Shown here: piece after piece, positions 21,539 to 31,127 of the stretch
Layout: each line of letters starts with the position of its first letter
How positions within the stretch are numbered: position 1 is the stretch's first letter
Origin: a virus
DNA: 64,000 nucleotides
Reading direction: 5' to 3' (one strand)
IMG/VR virus record: IMGVR_UViG_3300021357_000002
Coordinates: 6,979 to 70,978 of that record
Notes under the pieces: model-generated
Databases searched by the model: none
What the model was told of the DNA's origin: nothing
The model's input: the letters and a program-made list of their open reading frames with translations, nothing else
Position numbers and translations under genes: made by a program

Positions 21539-23132
21539 AGAAGACCCAATGGTTAAAAAGACTGTTGAGGAATGGTTGAATTCTGTTGATTATTCAACTC
21601 TCAACGCTGGTAACTATGTTCCTTCTGTATTCGCAATTAACTATGTGAACTTTATTAAGATGGTTAATGGTGAAGCAGGTGAATCTAACCTTACTCCTGT
21701 TGTTCATCTTAAAATGCTTGATGAGTTAGCAGGTAAACGCACTCGATTAGCTAATCTCTGCTCTCGTGGTATGGCTAAAACTACCCTATTTGGTGAGTAT
21801 CTGGTTCTGTATATTGCCTTATATGGGGAAATTGATGGATTTGGTGAAATCGAAGGTATGATTTATGTCTCTGACTCAATGGAGAACGGGGTAAAATCGC
21901 TTAGAAAGAACATCGAATACCGTTATAACAACTCTGAATTCCTTCAGAAGTACATTCCTGAAGCCAAATTCACTGATGCATACCTAGAATTCACTAATGC
22001 TGATGGGCATAAGCTAGGTGTACGTATGTTTGGTGCTAAGACAGGTCTTCGTGGTACTAAAATCTTTGGTAAACGTCCTGTTTTAGCTGTATTGGATGAC
22101 TTGGTTAGTGATGATGATGCTAAATCCAAATCAACTATGCAGGCAATCAAGGATACTGTGTACAAAGGTGTCGATTATGCACTTGACCCTGTACGTAGAA
22201 AGATTGTTTTTAGTGGAACACCCTTCAATAAGAACGATATTCTCTATGAAGCAGTAGAATCAGGTGGTTGGTACGTAAACGTATTCCCAATCTGTGAGAA
22301 ATTCCCTTGTTCTCGTGAAGAATTCGTAGGAGCTTGGGAAGACCGCTTCTCATATGACTTCGTTAAGGGTCAATATGACCTCGCTATCTCTACTGGACAG
22401 GTTGCTGCATTCAATCAGGAACTGATGCTACGAATTACTTCTGATGAAGAGAGACTTGTCATGGATGCTGATATCCAATGGTACAAGCGTAAGTCTCTTC
22501 TATTGAATAGAGGTCATTTTAACTTCTATATCACTACTGACTTTGCTACTTCAGAGAAACAGTCTGCTGACTATTCAGTAATCTCTGTATGGGCTATCAA
22601 CTCTAATGGTGATTGGTTCTGGGTTGATGGTATCTGTAGACGTCAGTTGATGGATAAGAACTTTGATGACCTGTTTAGACTGGTTGTAGAGTATCAACCT
22701 CAATCAGTAGGTATTGAAGTTACAGGTCAGCAGGGTGGATTTATTCCATTACTTCAGAATGAGATGATGAGTCGTAATATCTGGTTCAACTTTGCATCTG
22801 ATGGCAATAATAGTAGACCTGGTATCAGACCTAATAGTAATAAGATGGTCAGATTTAACTCAGTTCTTCCTTGGTTTAAAGCAGGTAAGATGTATTTCCC
22901 TGAAGAACTCAAAGAAGAGAAAATTATGTTAGAAGCTTTGGATGAGCTTCGATTGGCTACGATAGAAGGCTTTAAGAGCAAGCATGACGACTTCATTGAT
23001 ACCATTAGTATGTTAGGGTGTCTGAAGGTATGGAAGCCCTCACAAGGCTCTACAGGTGGTGTACAGGATGATGGTATTTGGGATATGCCTGAACCAACCC
23101 AATCTAATGGAATAGATAGTTATCTGGTTTAA
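21507..23132 (+). CDS. terminase large subunit (N4 gp68-like)
   Basis: RGMAKTT, AVLDDLVSD, ITTDFATSEKQSADYS, HDDFIDT; true start may be 21531 or 21549. Confidence 0.95.
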   Translation: MMENLNVSMIKEDPMVKKTVEEWLNSVDYSTLNAGNYVPSVFAINYVNFIKMVNGEAGESNLTPVVHLKMLDELAGKRTRLANLCSRGMAKTTLFGEYLVLYIALYGEIDGFGEIEGMIYVSDSMENGVKSLRKNIEYRYNNSEFLQKYIPEAKFTDAYLEFTNADGHKLGVRMFGAKTGLRGTKIFGKRPVLAVLDDLVSDDDAKSKSTMQAIKDTVYKGVDYALDPVRRKIVFSGTPFNKNDILYEAVESGGWYVNVFPICEKFPCSREEFVGAWEDRFSYDFVKGQYDLAISTGQVAAFNQELMLRITSDEERLVMDADIQWYKRKSLLLNRGHFNFYITTDFATSEKQSADYSVISVWAINSNGDWFWVDGICRRQLMDKNFDDLFRLVVEYQPQSVGIEVTGQQGGFIPLLQNEMMSRNIWFNFASDGNNSRPGIRPNSNKMVRFNSVLPWFKAGKMYFPEELKEEKIMLEALDELRLATIEGFKSKHDDFIDTISMLGCLKVWKPSQGSTGGVQDDGIWDMPEPTQSNGIDSYLV

Positions 23133-23175
23133 GTCTGGCTTATAATGTGGTGACGTTAACTCTCGGAGCTACATT

Positions 23176-23880
23176 ATGAAATTGTCAGAATTATTTCAGA
23201 TGTTATCTGTAGGTGAGTTAAGCCTCATTCGAACTGGTAATGATGGACAGGGTATTCGACCACAAGATTATCCTAAAGTGATTGCTCAATTGAATGCTGG
23301 CTTAACTAATCTTCATGCCAGATTTCCTCTGTTAGAAAAAGAAGTAATCATTCAGCAATATGAGCAGATTACTAAGTATTATCTGCGTAGTGAGTTTGCT
23401 CAGATGAACTCTACTTCTACAGAGAAGTATAAATATCTTATGGATACACCTACTGAAAGATTCTTAGATGATGTTATTAGAGTTGAAAGAGTCTTCGATG
23501 AATGTGGTTGTTGTTTGTATTTAAACAATGAACCTTCATGTGGTTCTATTGTTACTCCAGCATTTGACTGTATTCAGATTGTTTATCCAATTGAAACTAA
23601 TGCATTGTTTGTGACTTATAGGGCAAATCATCCTAAGATTGCACTAACGACTACTGACCTGAATACTGAAGTTCGTATTCCTGCTAGTCATGAGAAGGCA
23701 TTGACATATTACATTGCTTCACAGCTTTACTCTAATTCCCCTAATCCAGAGACAGCAGCTAAAGGAATTGAATGGAGTCAGAGGTTTGAAGCGGAATGTA
23801 TGAAGATTGAGAATTTAGATTTGGACAATGCACATATTGGACAAACCAACGTTAAACCAGAAATGAGAGGATGGGTATAA
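23176..23880 (+). CDS. N4 gp67-like head-tail adaptor/structural protein
   Basis: MKLSELFQMLSVGELS...NAGLTNLHARF; synteny. Confidence 0.8.
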   Translation: MKLSELFQMLSVGELSLIRTGNDGQGIRPQDYPKVIAQLNAGLTNLHARFPLLEKEVIIQQYEQITKYYLRSEFAQMNSTSTEKYKYLMDTPTERFLDDVIRVERVFDECGCCLYLNNEPSCGSIVTPAFDCIQIVYPIETNALFVTYRANHPKIALTTTDLNTEVRIPASHEKALTYYIASQLYSNSPNPETAAKGIEWSQRFEAECMKIENLDLDNAHIGQTNVKPEMRGWV

Positions 23881-23881
23881 G

Positions 23882-26440
23882 ATGATTCGAACTACGAATT
23901 CATGCTGCGGTAATGAAGCTGGGCTGGTGGAGAAATTCATTGGTACTGCTTATGACGTGGTTAAAACTGTGTATGACAATCTTGGTGAGCTTCAGTTCAT
24001 CTATGATTTTTTAAATAAGTATGGGGTATTAATTGCAGTAGATTCAGTAACAGAAATGAAAGCATTACCTGTTACTGCTAAGTATACCCGTATTTACTCT
24101 ACCTCTGATGCTGGTGAAAGAATCTATACAGATTATTTGTATGTAGAGGGTGACCGTACTGGAATCATCCCTAATAACCCAACTGCTACTGGTAGTTGGA
24201 TTGTTGTTGGCACCTCTAATTCAGGTAGTGGTGGTTCTCCTTCTGTAGGATATATCCCTTTCCTGTATAATAATGGTTCAGCAGTTGGTGATGAAACTGA
24301 GATTGTTGTTCCTGATGGTGCTGTAGGTGTTCCATTCATTATTGTGAATGGTTACGTGAACTATGTAAGTAAAGGTTTTACATTCTCTCCTGATGATTCC
24401 AAGGTTCTGTTTGCACAACCTTTAGAAGCAGGGGATGAAGTAATTGTATTAATGACTGGTACTCCTGCTGTACCTGATAATCCGACCATTGATAACTGGA
24501 CTGTTATTAACTGGTTGTATAATCATGGTAATGCAGTAGGTGGTGAACAGGTTATTACTATTCCTTATATCTTTGAAGATATTCCAGCCATCTTTAAGAA
24601 TGGTTTGAGATACTATAAAGGTCTGTTAACTCAGTCTTATACTATCGATGCTGCTAACCAACGAATCATTCTTACTGAGCCGTTGGCTACTAATGATAGA
24701 TTGATTGTTCAGATTGGTGGTGAGTTAGTTACTTTACAGGCAGCAGATAGAACTATTGAAGAAGTTGCTCGTGTAGCCAATGTTAAAAATTCAGAAGTAA
24801 TCTTGAGTACTAATACAGATACATCATTAAATGGTAAAACTATTATTTATGATGTAGTTGCACAGAAGATTTATGGATTACCTACCTTACCAACTAACGT
24901 ATATATCGGTTCAGTATCAGGTGGTCAGCTAACTTATACGCCTGGTAATGTGATAGTAAATTTATTGCCTATACCTAAGTCAGGTGAAGAGTTAACCAAT
25001 AAGCTGAATAGTACTACTGGTGCTTATAATGTTGCTCTTGGAGATACAACTGTTGGTGATATTCTTGAGCAAAAAATATACGTAGTAGTTATTACTGGTC
25101 AGTCAAATGCTCAAGGTGCTAACTCTGGAGGACCTAATCCAGCGTCACCTAATGTTAAAGTATGGGATGGTACTACTAATACTTGGGGGAGTAGTGATTA
25201 TACACAATTACCTTTCTCTCAAAGTACTCCTAATGGTAATGGCGGAAATAATAACATTGCTTTGTCCTTTGCTCATCGTTTAATTGATGAACATAAGGCT
25301 TCTAAAGTTTACGTTATCTACGATGCTGTTGGTGGGCGTCCTATTAGTGATTGGGTCGGTTCTGGCACTGCGTCTATTCGTTACGCTGCAATCAAAGCTA
25401 AAGTAGAGGCTGCTCTGGCTACACCTGAACTAGTGGCTGCTGGTAAGACTAAGATTGATTATCTGATTTGGGCGCAAGGGGAAGAAGATGCACTGACTGA
25501 TACCATTACGGTTTACCGTGATAAGTTCAAAACCTTAGATACTCAGTTTCGTGCAGAAGCGTGGATGGAGAACCATACTCCAATGTTCGTTATGGGTATG
25601 TCTGGTCTGCATACTCGTTATCAGGTATGGCAAGGGCAGTTGAGTTACTGTGAGAACCAGAACCGTAACTGTATTTACGTTAACTCTATGGGCCTAAAGA
25701 CTCAGTATGATGTATCAGGTACAGGTGATTATACACACTGGTTAGGCGATTCCCTGTGGGAGCATGGTTATCACCGTATCTGGTATGCATTGCAGGAACG
25801 TGGGGTAACCCATCGTAACCATTTGTCTCCATTTTATGGGCGAAGTGTTGGTCCCTGGGATGGGCAGCCTGATGCAATTGCTATGTTTAGTTCTCTGGTA
25901 AGTATTGACTCAGCAACATCTCAGTTCCCAACTAATGGTGTAGCTGCTACTGGTTCCATTACTTGGGGGCAAGGTTGTGCAGCAGATGGTAATTATACTA
26001 TGGCTGGAGGGCATACTGTTACCACTACTAATCTGTGTAACTACAGTGCTGCTTGGGGTAGAGATATTACTCTCAATGATGTTGCTGACTACAGTGCTGC
26101 CTTCGGTTATCAACACAATCTGAATGAATCTTATCAGTTTGCTTCTGGTCGTGGGCATGAACTACAGCATTCTAATGAGTTTGGTATTGGTCGTTTTAGT
26201 AAATACACTACTGTCCAGACTAATCCTGTCTTAGGGCAAATTGGTATTGGTACAGCAAGTACCCGTAAGAATGCCATGACTGTTCGTGCAGATGGTGCAG
26301 TTGAAATATTGGTTACTTCTGCTCATGACCCAGCACAGAATGGTGAAATGGTAATCTATGCAGAATCTAATACTTCGTTACGTATCAAAGTTCGTGGTAC
26401 TGATGGTGTAGTTAGGTCTACTGTTTTAACGCTGGCATAA
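23882..26440 (+). CDS. primary receptor-binding protein with SGNH/SASA-type acetylesterase domain (G7C gp66-like N-terminus)
   Basis: N-terminal virion anchor (LVEKFIGTAYDVVKTVYDNL); ITGQSNAQG, IWAQGEED, DYTHW catalytic blocks. Confidence 0.85.
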   Translation: MIRTTNSCCGNEAGLVEKFIGTAYDVVKTVYDNLGELQFIYDFLNKYGVLIAVDSVTEMKALPVTAKYTRIYSTSDAGERIYTDYLYVEGDRTGIIPNNPTATGSWIVVGTSNSGSGGSPSVGYIPFLYNNGSAVGDETEIVVPDGAVGVPFIIVNGYVNYVSKGFTFSPDDSKVLFAQPLEAGDEVIVLMTGTPAVPDNPTIDNWTVINWLYNHGNAVGGEQVITIPYIFEDIPAIFKNGLRYYKGLLTQSYTIDAANQRIILTEPLATNDRLIVQIGGELVTLQAADRTIEEVARVANVKNSEVILSTNTDTSLNGKTIIYDVVAQKIYGLPTLPTNVYIGSVSGGQLTYTPGNVIVNLLPIPKSGEELTNKLNSTTGAYNVALGDTTVGDILEQKIYVVVITGQSNAQGANSGGPNPASPNVKVWDGTTNTWGSSDYTQLPFSQSTPNGNGGNNNIALSFAHRLIDEHKASKVYVIYDAVGGRPISDWVGSGTASIRYAAIKAKVEAALATPELVAAGKTKIDYLIWAQGEEDALTDTITVYRDKFKTLDTQFRAEAWMENHTPMFVMGMSGLHTRYQVWQGQLSYCENQNRNCIYVNSMGLKTQYDVSGTGDYTHWLGDSLWEHGYHRIWYALQERGVTHRNHLSPFYGRSVGPWDGQPDAIAMFSSLVSIDSATSQFPTNGVAATGSITWGQGCAADGNYTMAGGHTVTTTNLCNYSAAWGRDITLNDVADYSAAFGYQHNLNESYQFASGRGHELQHSNEFGIGRFSKYTTVQTNPVLGQIGIGTASTRKNAMTVRADGAVEILVTSAHDPAQNGEMVIYAESNTSLRIKVRGTDGVVRSTVLTLA

Positions 26441-26446
26441 TTATCT

Positions 26447-26468
26447 TCCCCTCTTTGGAGGGGATTTT
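26447..26468 (+). terminator. intrinsic terminator
   Basis: TCCCCTC-TTTG-GAGGGGA-TTTT. Confidence 0.6.
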
Positions 26469-26491
26469 ACTAGAAAAACAATGAGGTACGT

Positions 26492-28795
26492 ATGAACGAA
26501 TTATTTTCACAAGGCGGTAAAGGTTCAACTGGAATTTTAACCAATAAACAAGCAGTAGCTAGACATTTTGGTGTAAAGCAGTCAGAAGTTATCTACTTCT
26601 CTGTAGGAGCTATTTTAAGTGGATATAAAGTTATTTATGACAAGGAAACACAAAGAGCTTATTCCTTACCTATTGACATTCCTGTTGGTGCTACTGCTAC
26701 CAGCCTTACTTCTTCTGGCTTGCTTGTACATTCTGAGGGTACTGTAGATTTAGGTGCATACGCTCTTTCCCGCAGAGAGCTTAATACTCCTCCTGGTTCT
26801 TTAGCTTTAGGTACTACCCTGACCACTAAGAATGATGTTGTAGTTGAAGATGGTGTTCAGTACGCATGGGCGGGAGCGTTACCTAAAGTTGTTCCTGCAA
26901 GCTCTACTATTGATAGTACTGGTGGTGTGTCCCCTACTACTTGGGTTGCTCAAGGTTCAACAGCTATTGATGAAGAATTAGCATCTCCAATTGGATATTC
27001 ACTTATTGGTGAAGTGGATAGCTTTGCTTCTCTTCGTGTATTAGTTCCTACTGCTGCTGGACAAAGAGTTAAGTTACGCAGTTGGTATAACAATACTTTG
27101 AGTGGGGGTGGTGATTTTATCGCTGTTGCAGGGGATTTAACAGATGATGGTGGTATTACTGCCCGCGTTAATTCTTCTTTTTCTTGGCAACGTCTACATG
27201 AGAATCGTATTACACCTGAGATGTTTGGTTGTATCGGTGATGGTATAACTGATGATGCAGCCAACTTAAATAAATTCTTTGCTGCTGCTAGCGCTAATAA
27301 AATTATTGGAGAAATTCGTAGTAAAATTTATGACTGTAGAAGTGTAATAACTATTCCTGCGTATGCTTCAATAGAATGTTACGGATTGCCCACAATCAGA
27401 CGTAATTTAGCTGTCAACTATACTAGTGATTTCTTATCTGTATTAACTGGTGCTACTGTACGTGGTTTATATATTGAAGGTAACCGTCTAGATACTCAAG
27501 CTCCTGCTGAAGTAGTTCTGGTTCGTATTGGTAATGGTGTAATTCTGGACCATTGTACCATTGCTGGTAACTCTGGTTATGGTGTTGTAGGTAATGCCGT
27601 TAATGGAGTTGAAATAACTAAATGTAAATTACAGAACTTTGCAAAAGGTGCAATTGCATTCTTTGGTGACAATACCTCTGCTAGTTCAAACGTATTAGTT
27701 AAAGATATCTTTGCTGTTCAGTTAGGTGCAGGTGCTGTTTATATCGGTAATTATACCTACAGTAAGGTTGATAATGTACGTGCAAGTGGTACTCACATTG
27801 GAGCTCCAGGAAATCGTACATATGTTAATACTTCTACTACTGGTGCTGTAACTCATTCATCTGGACTTGACTTCACTGGAGTTAAACCTGGGATGTGGTT
27901 AGTTTTACCAGGTGGTAGTGAACACATGGTTACTGCTGTATCCAGTGCTACCAATATGACTGTATCTCCTGTTCCTCCAAGTAATGGTACATTCCGTGCT
28001 CTAGTAGGTACTGGTGATATGATTGGTGTTCAGGAATGTGTAAATGTAGATATTGTTAACTGTGTACTAGAGAATGGGGTAACTTACGGTACTGGCGGAG
28101 GTACTATGACGGGTAGTTCTAATGCCTGTATATATTGTACGTGGGAAAACAACTATATCCGCAACTTTGGTAAGAATGGTATCAATCTAGGTCAGTCTGG
28201 TGGCGATGTGGTTAGCTGCACCATTACCGGCAACACTCTTGTTAGCTGTGGTAATGGTGGCAAGGGTACTGGCCCGTCTCAACTGTTACCGTGGTTTGAC
28301 ACCTGTGGTATTGCATTGAGTCAGGTTAACGCTGGAAAGTTGATAAACATCGACGTGAGCAATAACAATGTCATCACATGGGGCGGCGACCTCGGTGATG
28401 GTGAATGCTGGTTTGGTATGTCTGGTTGCTCTGAAGGTTCTGTAACCTGTCATGGTAATACTCAATCTGGTTATGCAGATGGATATGTTCGTGGTGATAT
28501 CATAAAGGTATTACTAACTGGGTATGGTACAGGTGCCGCAGCTACTTCATTTGTTAGTAATGGTGAGAGTATTCAGATTGTAATTCAGACTGGTACTTCT
28601 CCTTCTGCATCTCCTTACTTTTCTGTACGTAAGGTTATTAGAACGAGAACTCAACCAATGATTACTGCTCAGATTATTACTACTTCAGGTAACATGTCTC
28701 ATTGCTGGGGTATGCAATTTAGTACTGCTAGTTTGTGGCAGGTTGGTAGAAATACTATGCCGTCTGGAATTGATACTTACTACGTTAAAAGTTAA
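26492..28795 (+). CDS. tailspike / beta-helix polysaccharide depolymerase
   Basis: G7C/CBA120-type N-terminal docking domain (QGGKGSTGILTNKQAVARHFGVKQSEV); PEMFGCIGDGITDDAA pectate-lyase-3-like entry; Asn/Gly-rich beta-helix. Confidence 0.9.
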   Translation: MNELFSQGGKGSTGILTNKQAVARHFGVKQSEVIYFSVGAILSGYKVIYDKETQRAYSLPIDIPVGATATSLTSSGLLVHSEGTVDLGAYALSRRELNTPPGSLALGTTLTTKNDVVVEDGVQYAWAGALPKVVPASSTIDSTGGVSPTTWVAQGSTAIDEELASPIGYSLIGEVDSFASLRVLVPTAAGQRVKLRSWYNNTLSGGGDFIAVAGDLTDDGGITARVNSSFSWQRLHENRITPEMFGCIGDGITDDAANLNKFFAAASANKIIGEIRSKIYDCRSVITIPAYASIECYGLPTIRRNLAVNYTSDFLSVLTGATVRGLYIEGNRLDTQAPAEVVLVRIGNGVILDHCTIAGNSGYGVVGNAVNGVEITKCKLQNFAKGAIAFFGDNTSASSNVLVKDIFAVQLGAGAVYIGNYTYSKVDNVRASGTHIGAPGNRTYVNTSTTGAVTHSSGLDFTGVKPGMWLVLPGGSEHMVTAVSSATNMTVSPVPPSNGTFRALVGTGDMIGVQECVNVDIVNCVLENGVTYGTGGGTMTGSSNACIYCTWENNYIRNFGKNGINLGQSGGDVVSCTITGNTLVSCGNGGKGTGPSQLLPWFDTCGIALSQVNAGKLINIDVSNNNVITWGGDLGDGECWFGMSGCSEGSVTCHGNTQSGYADGYVRGDIIKVLLTGYGTGAAATSFVSNGESIQIVIQTGTSPSASPYFSVRKVIRTRTQPMITAQIITTSGNMSHCWGMQFSTASLWQVGRNTMPSGIDTYYVKS

Positions 28796-28798
28796 GAA

Positions 28799-28827
28799 TA
28801 AGCCCCCTTTATTGGGGGCTTTCTTTT
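28799..28827. terminator. bidirectional terminator
   Basis: AGCCCCC/GGGGGCT stem with T runs; convergent genes. Confidence 0.65.
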
Positions 28828-29129
28828 GCTATATCTCTAATCTCTTCTAAGTCACGTTCTAATGCACCATAGTAGAAATGTAATCTACCTACTGGTGATG
28901 TAGCTCGTTTGATATCTTGGAGGATAGACTTAACTCTTGGAGATTGGATTCGTTTCATAATCTCTTTGATACCTTGTCGTAAGGCTCTCGGAGAATCCCC
29001 ATTCTCAAGTGTATTTATATACATGGTTAGAAGTACGTCAGGGTACTCCTGTATACCTATATCATCATTACTTGATTTAACAGGTATAGAGCCTTCTCTC
29101 TGACGTCTAAGATATGTTTTAACCCTCAT
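28809..29129 (-). CDS. hypothetical protein
   Basis: 106-aa ORF with GAGG RBS. Confidence 0.65.
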   Translation of the reverse strand: MRVKTYLRRQREGSIPVKSSNDDIGIQEYPDVLLTMYINTLENGDSPRALRQGIKEIMKRIQSPRVKSILQDIKRATSPVGRLHFYYGALERDLEEIRDIAKESPQ

Positions 29130-29185
29130 GTATTACCTCAATAAGAAAAGGCTCCACAGAGCCTTATATTTAGTTTAATAAGTAC

Positions 29186-29209
29186 AAAAAAAGCTCCCGA
29201 AGGAGCTTT
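29186..29209 (-). terminator. intrinsic terminator after lysis cassette
   Basis: GCTCC-TTCG-GGAGC-TTTTTTT. Confidence 0.75.
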
Positions 29210-29261
29210 ATCAGGTATTGGGTAGCTTCTATCAGGTTTAGTTAAGATAGAATCAGGTAAT

Positions 29262-29810
29262 TTATTTCTCTGCTATGTGGATAACTTTACCATTTTTAGA
29301 TGCCTCTACTTTACGTATGTATTCCTGTAGATATTTTAGTTTGGCTTGGTCTTCAATTATTCCTTTTCTGATACTGAGAATGTTTCGTCCAGCAGTTGGA
29401 GAGAGTTCGATGGAGGTTCCATCGCCCATGCTGCTGGTTTCTGTTCCTGTATCTCTGGAGAGTTTACAGGTTGCAAGGTTAGCTTCTGCGAAGAGCACCC
29501 TACGTTTACCAGTAGCAACATCAAGAGTGAGCTTATCATTAGTAGTCTTTTCATCTTGTAAGTCTATGTAGTATTTAGAATCTATCTCAGCTAATTCTTT
29601 CTGGAGTAAGTTATTTCTTTGTACTTCATTACCTAGTTTAAATGCTGCTTCATCTGATATCTGTTTTAACTTTCCATCATATTCAGACTTCTGTGTAGCT
29701 AATGCAGTCTGGTAATGATTGTCAGTTATATACCAAGATAAAAAAGCTCCCATCGAAATGAGAGCTAGTGCAATTAAACCAAGTTTTATTAACTTGGCTT
29801 TATCAATCAT
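29262..29810 (-). CDS. rz: i-spanin (Rz-like)
   Basis: N-terminal TM, coiled coil, ...LKYLQEYIR C-terminus. Confidence 0.85.
   Translation of the reverse strand: MIDKAKLIKLGLIALALISMGAFLSWYITDNHYQTALATQKSEYDGKLKQISDEAAFKLGNEVQRNNLLQKELAEIDSKYYIDLQDEKTTNDKLTLDVATGKRRVLFAEANLATCKLSRDTGTETSSMGDGTSIELSPTAGRNILSIRKGIIEDQAKLKYLQEYIRKVEASKNGKVIHIAEK
29357..29554 (-). CDS. rz1: o-spanin lipoprotein (Rz1-like) nested in Rz
   Basis: Lipobox VGC after a hydrophobic leader; Pro-rich PAAWAMEPP; alternate frame inside Rz. Confidence 0.8.
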   Translation of the reverse strand: MKRLLMISSLLMLLLVNVGCSSQKLTLQPVNSPEIQEQKPAAWAMEPPSNSLQLLDETFSVSEKE

Positions 29811-30298
29811 AGAGATTTAACTCCTCTACCAATACGTTCGGCTTCTTCCCAAGTCTTACCATCAAAGAGAGCCAATCTACCAATAGCTCTACGATAGATT
29901 CCTAAGTATGGTTTACCAGCTTGGTTCTTAAACTGAGGGAGTTTGATTCGAAGGGTATTTACATCACCTGCTCTAATTGCTTGTCCTGTACCTGTACCTG
30001 CTGCTACAGCTTTAGGACCAACATTAAAGATGAGGTCACAGATAGCATCAAACTGAGCTTGATTGAATTTATAACTGGCAATGGAATCAGCTAGTTTAAC
30101 TGCTTCATCCATATCCTGACTTAATAGGTTGTATGCTCCATCTTCAGTAATTGTATCTCCTGGTTTTACATCGGGTCCATAATGACCAAAACCAATAGTG
30201 AGATACTTTTCTTGACTAGTAGCTCGATATGCTTTGGTTTTCAGTTGTTCCCAAGCAGCAGTAAATTTTAAGCCATTATTAGAGATAGTACGTTTCAT
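29807..30298 (-). CDS. endolysin, GH24 (lambda/P21-like) lysozyme
   Basis: WEQL..AY...LTIGFGH, QAQFDAICDLIFNVG. Confidence 0.9.
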   Translation of the reverse strand: MKRTISNNGLKFTAAWEQLKTKAYRATSQEKYLTIGFGHYGPDVKPGDTITEDGAYNLLSQDMDEAVKLADSIASYKFNQAQFDAICDLIFNVGPKAVAAGTGTGQAIRAGDVNTLRIKLPQFKNQAGKPYLGIYRRAIGRLALFDGKTWEEAERIGRGVKSL

Positions 30299-30302
30299 GA
30301 AG

Positions 30303-30593
30303 TTAGTTCCTCAATAGTCTTCCTACGTTACCTTTAGCTAATAATACACCCAAGAGTATTGAACTATTGAGAACAAGTTCCCATAAGTCTACTTGGATGT
30401 AGTGCTTCATTAGGATACGTATTGCTATTGCTGCTGAAGATACGATGAGTACATAGGCAAAGACTGAATACCAAAACTTATGTCTTGCAGTACCTTGCCT
30501 AAATATCATCAAACGTAGGGCTATACCCATGCAAATGAATGCATTACCTAGCTCCATTGGAGAGAATGATTTCAGATACTCAACGATAGTCAT
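30303..30593 (-). CDS. putative 3-TM holin (Phage_holin_3_7-like)
   Basis: RLMIFRQGTARHKFWYSVFAY...KGNVGRLL. Confidence 0.75.
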   Translation of the reverse strand: MTIVEYLKSFSPMELGNAFICMGIALRLMIFRQGTARHKFWYSVFAYVLIVSSAAIAIRILMKHYIQVDLWELVLNSSILLGVLLAKGNVGRLLRN

Positions 30594-30967
30594 TATGATT
30601 TTCCTCCCGTTGGTAAGTCGGGAACCTTAGCCTTAGCAATCAAACTGATTAAGATTTTAATAGCTAGTGCTGCTGCTATTAAAGCCCCTACAGAATGGTC
30701 CACGTTGATTTCAGATTGGGTCCATAGACGAGTGAATCCTTCTATAACTTTAGCTGTATACCCAGCCCCAATGATTCCCACTACAAAAGATATAAGAAAA
30801 AAAGATAATCTTTTGAATAAGGGAACATCTGAATTAGTCAGAACATAGATAACTGCACCAGCAAAGGAACCAATAATGACTCCTGATGGAATACCAGCCC
30901 AATAAGATAGTAAGGTAGTTGCACCCAATCCTGACGTAATAGCAGTTCCAGAAACTGGTTCATGCAT
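30593..30967 (-). CDS. putative holin (Phage_holin_8-like)
   Basis: MHEPVSG...IGSFAGAVIYVL; several TM segments. Confidence 0.7.
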   Translation of the reverse strand: MHEPVSGTAITSGLGATTLLSYWAGIPSGVIIGSFAGAVIYVLTNSDVPLFKRLSFFLISFVVGIIGAGYTAKVIEGFTRLWTQSEINVDHSVGALIAAALAIKILISLIAKAKVPDLPTGGKS

Positions 30968-31127
30968 TTGAAAGCCTCCAATATTAGAATTACTTCCTAA
31001 GAAGTGTGCTCAGAATACCCTGATACATCTAAAAAGATTAGATAATTCTTAAGGGAGGAAGCAAACTAAGTACAGAATTAGACCAAAACATATATACTGC
31101 TTGCAAAGTAAATGAGGGACAATCGCA

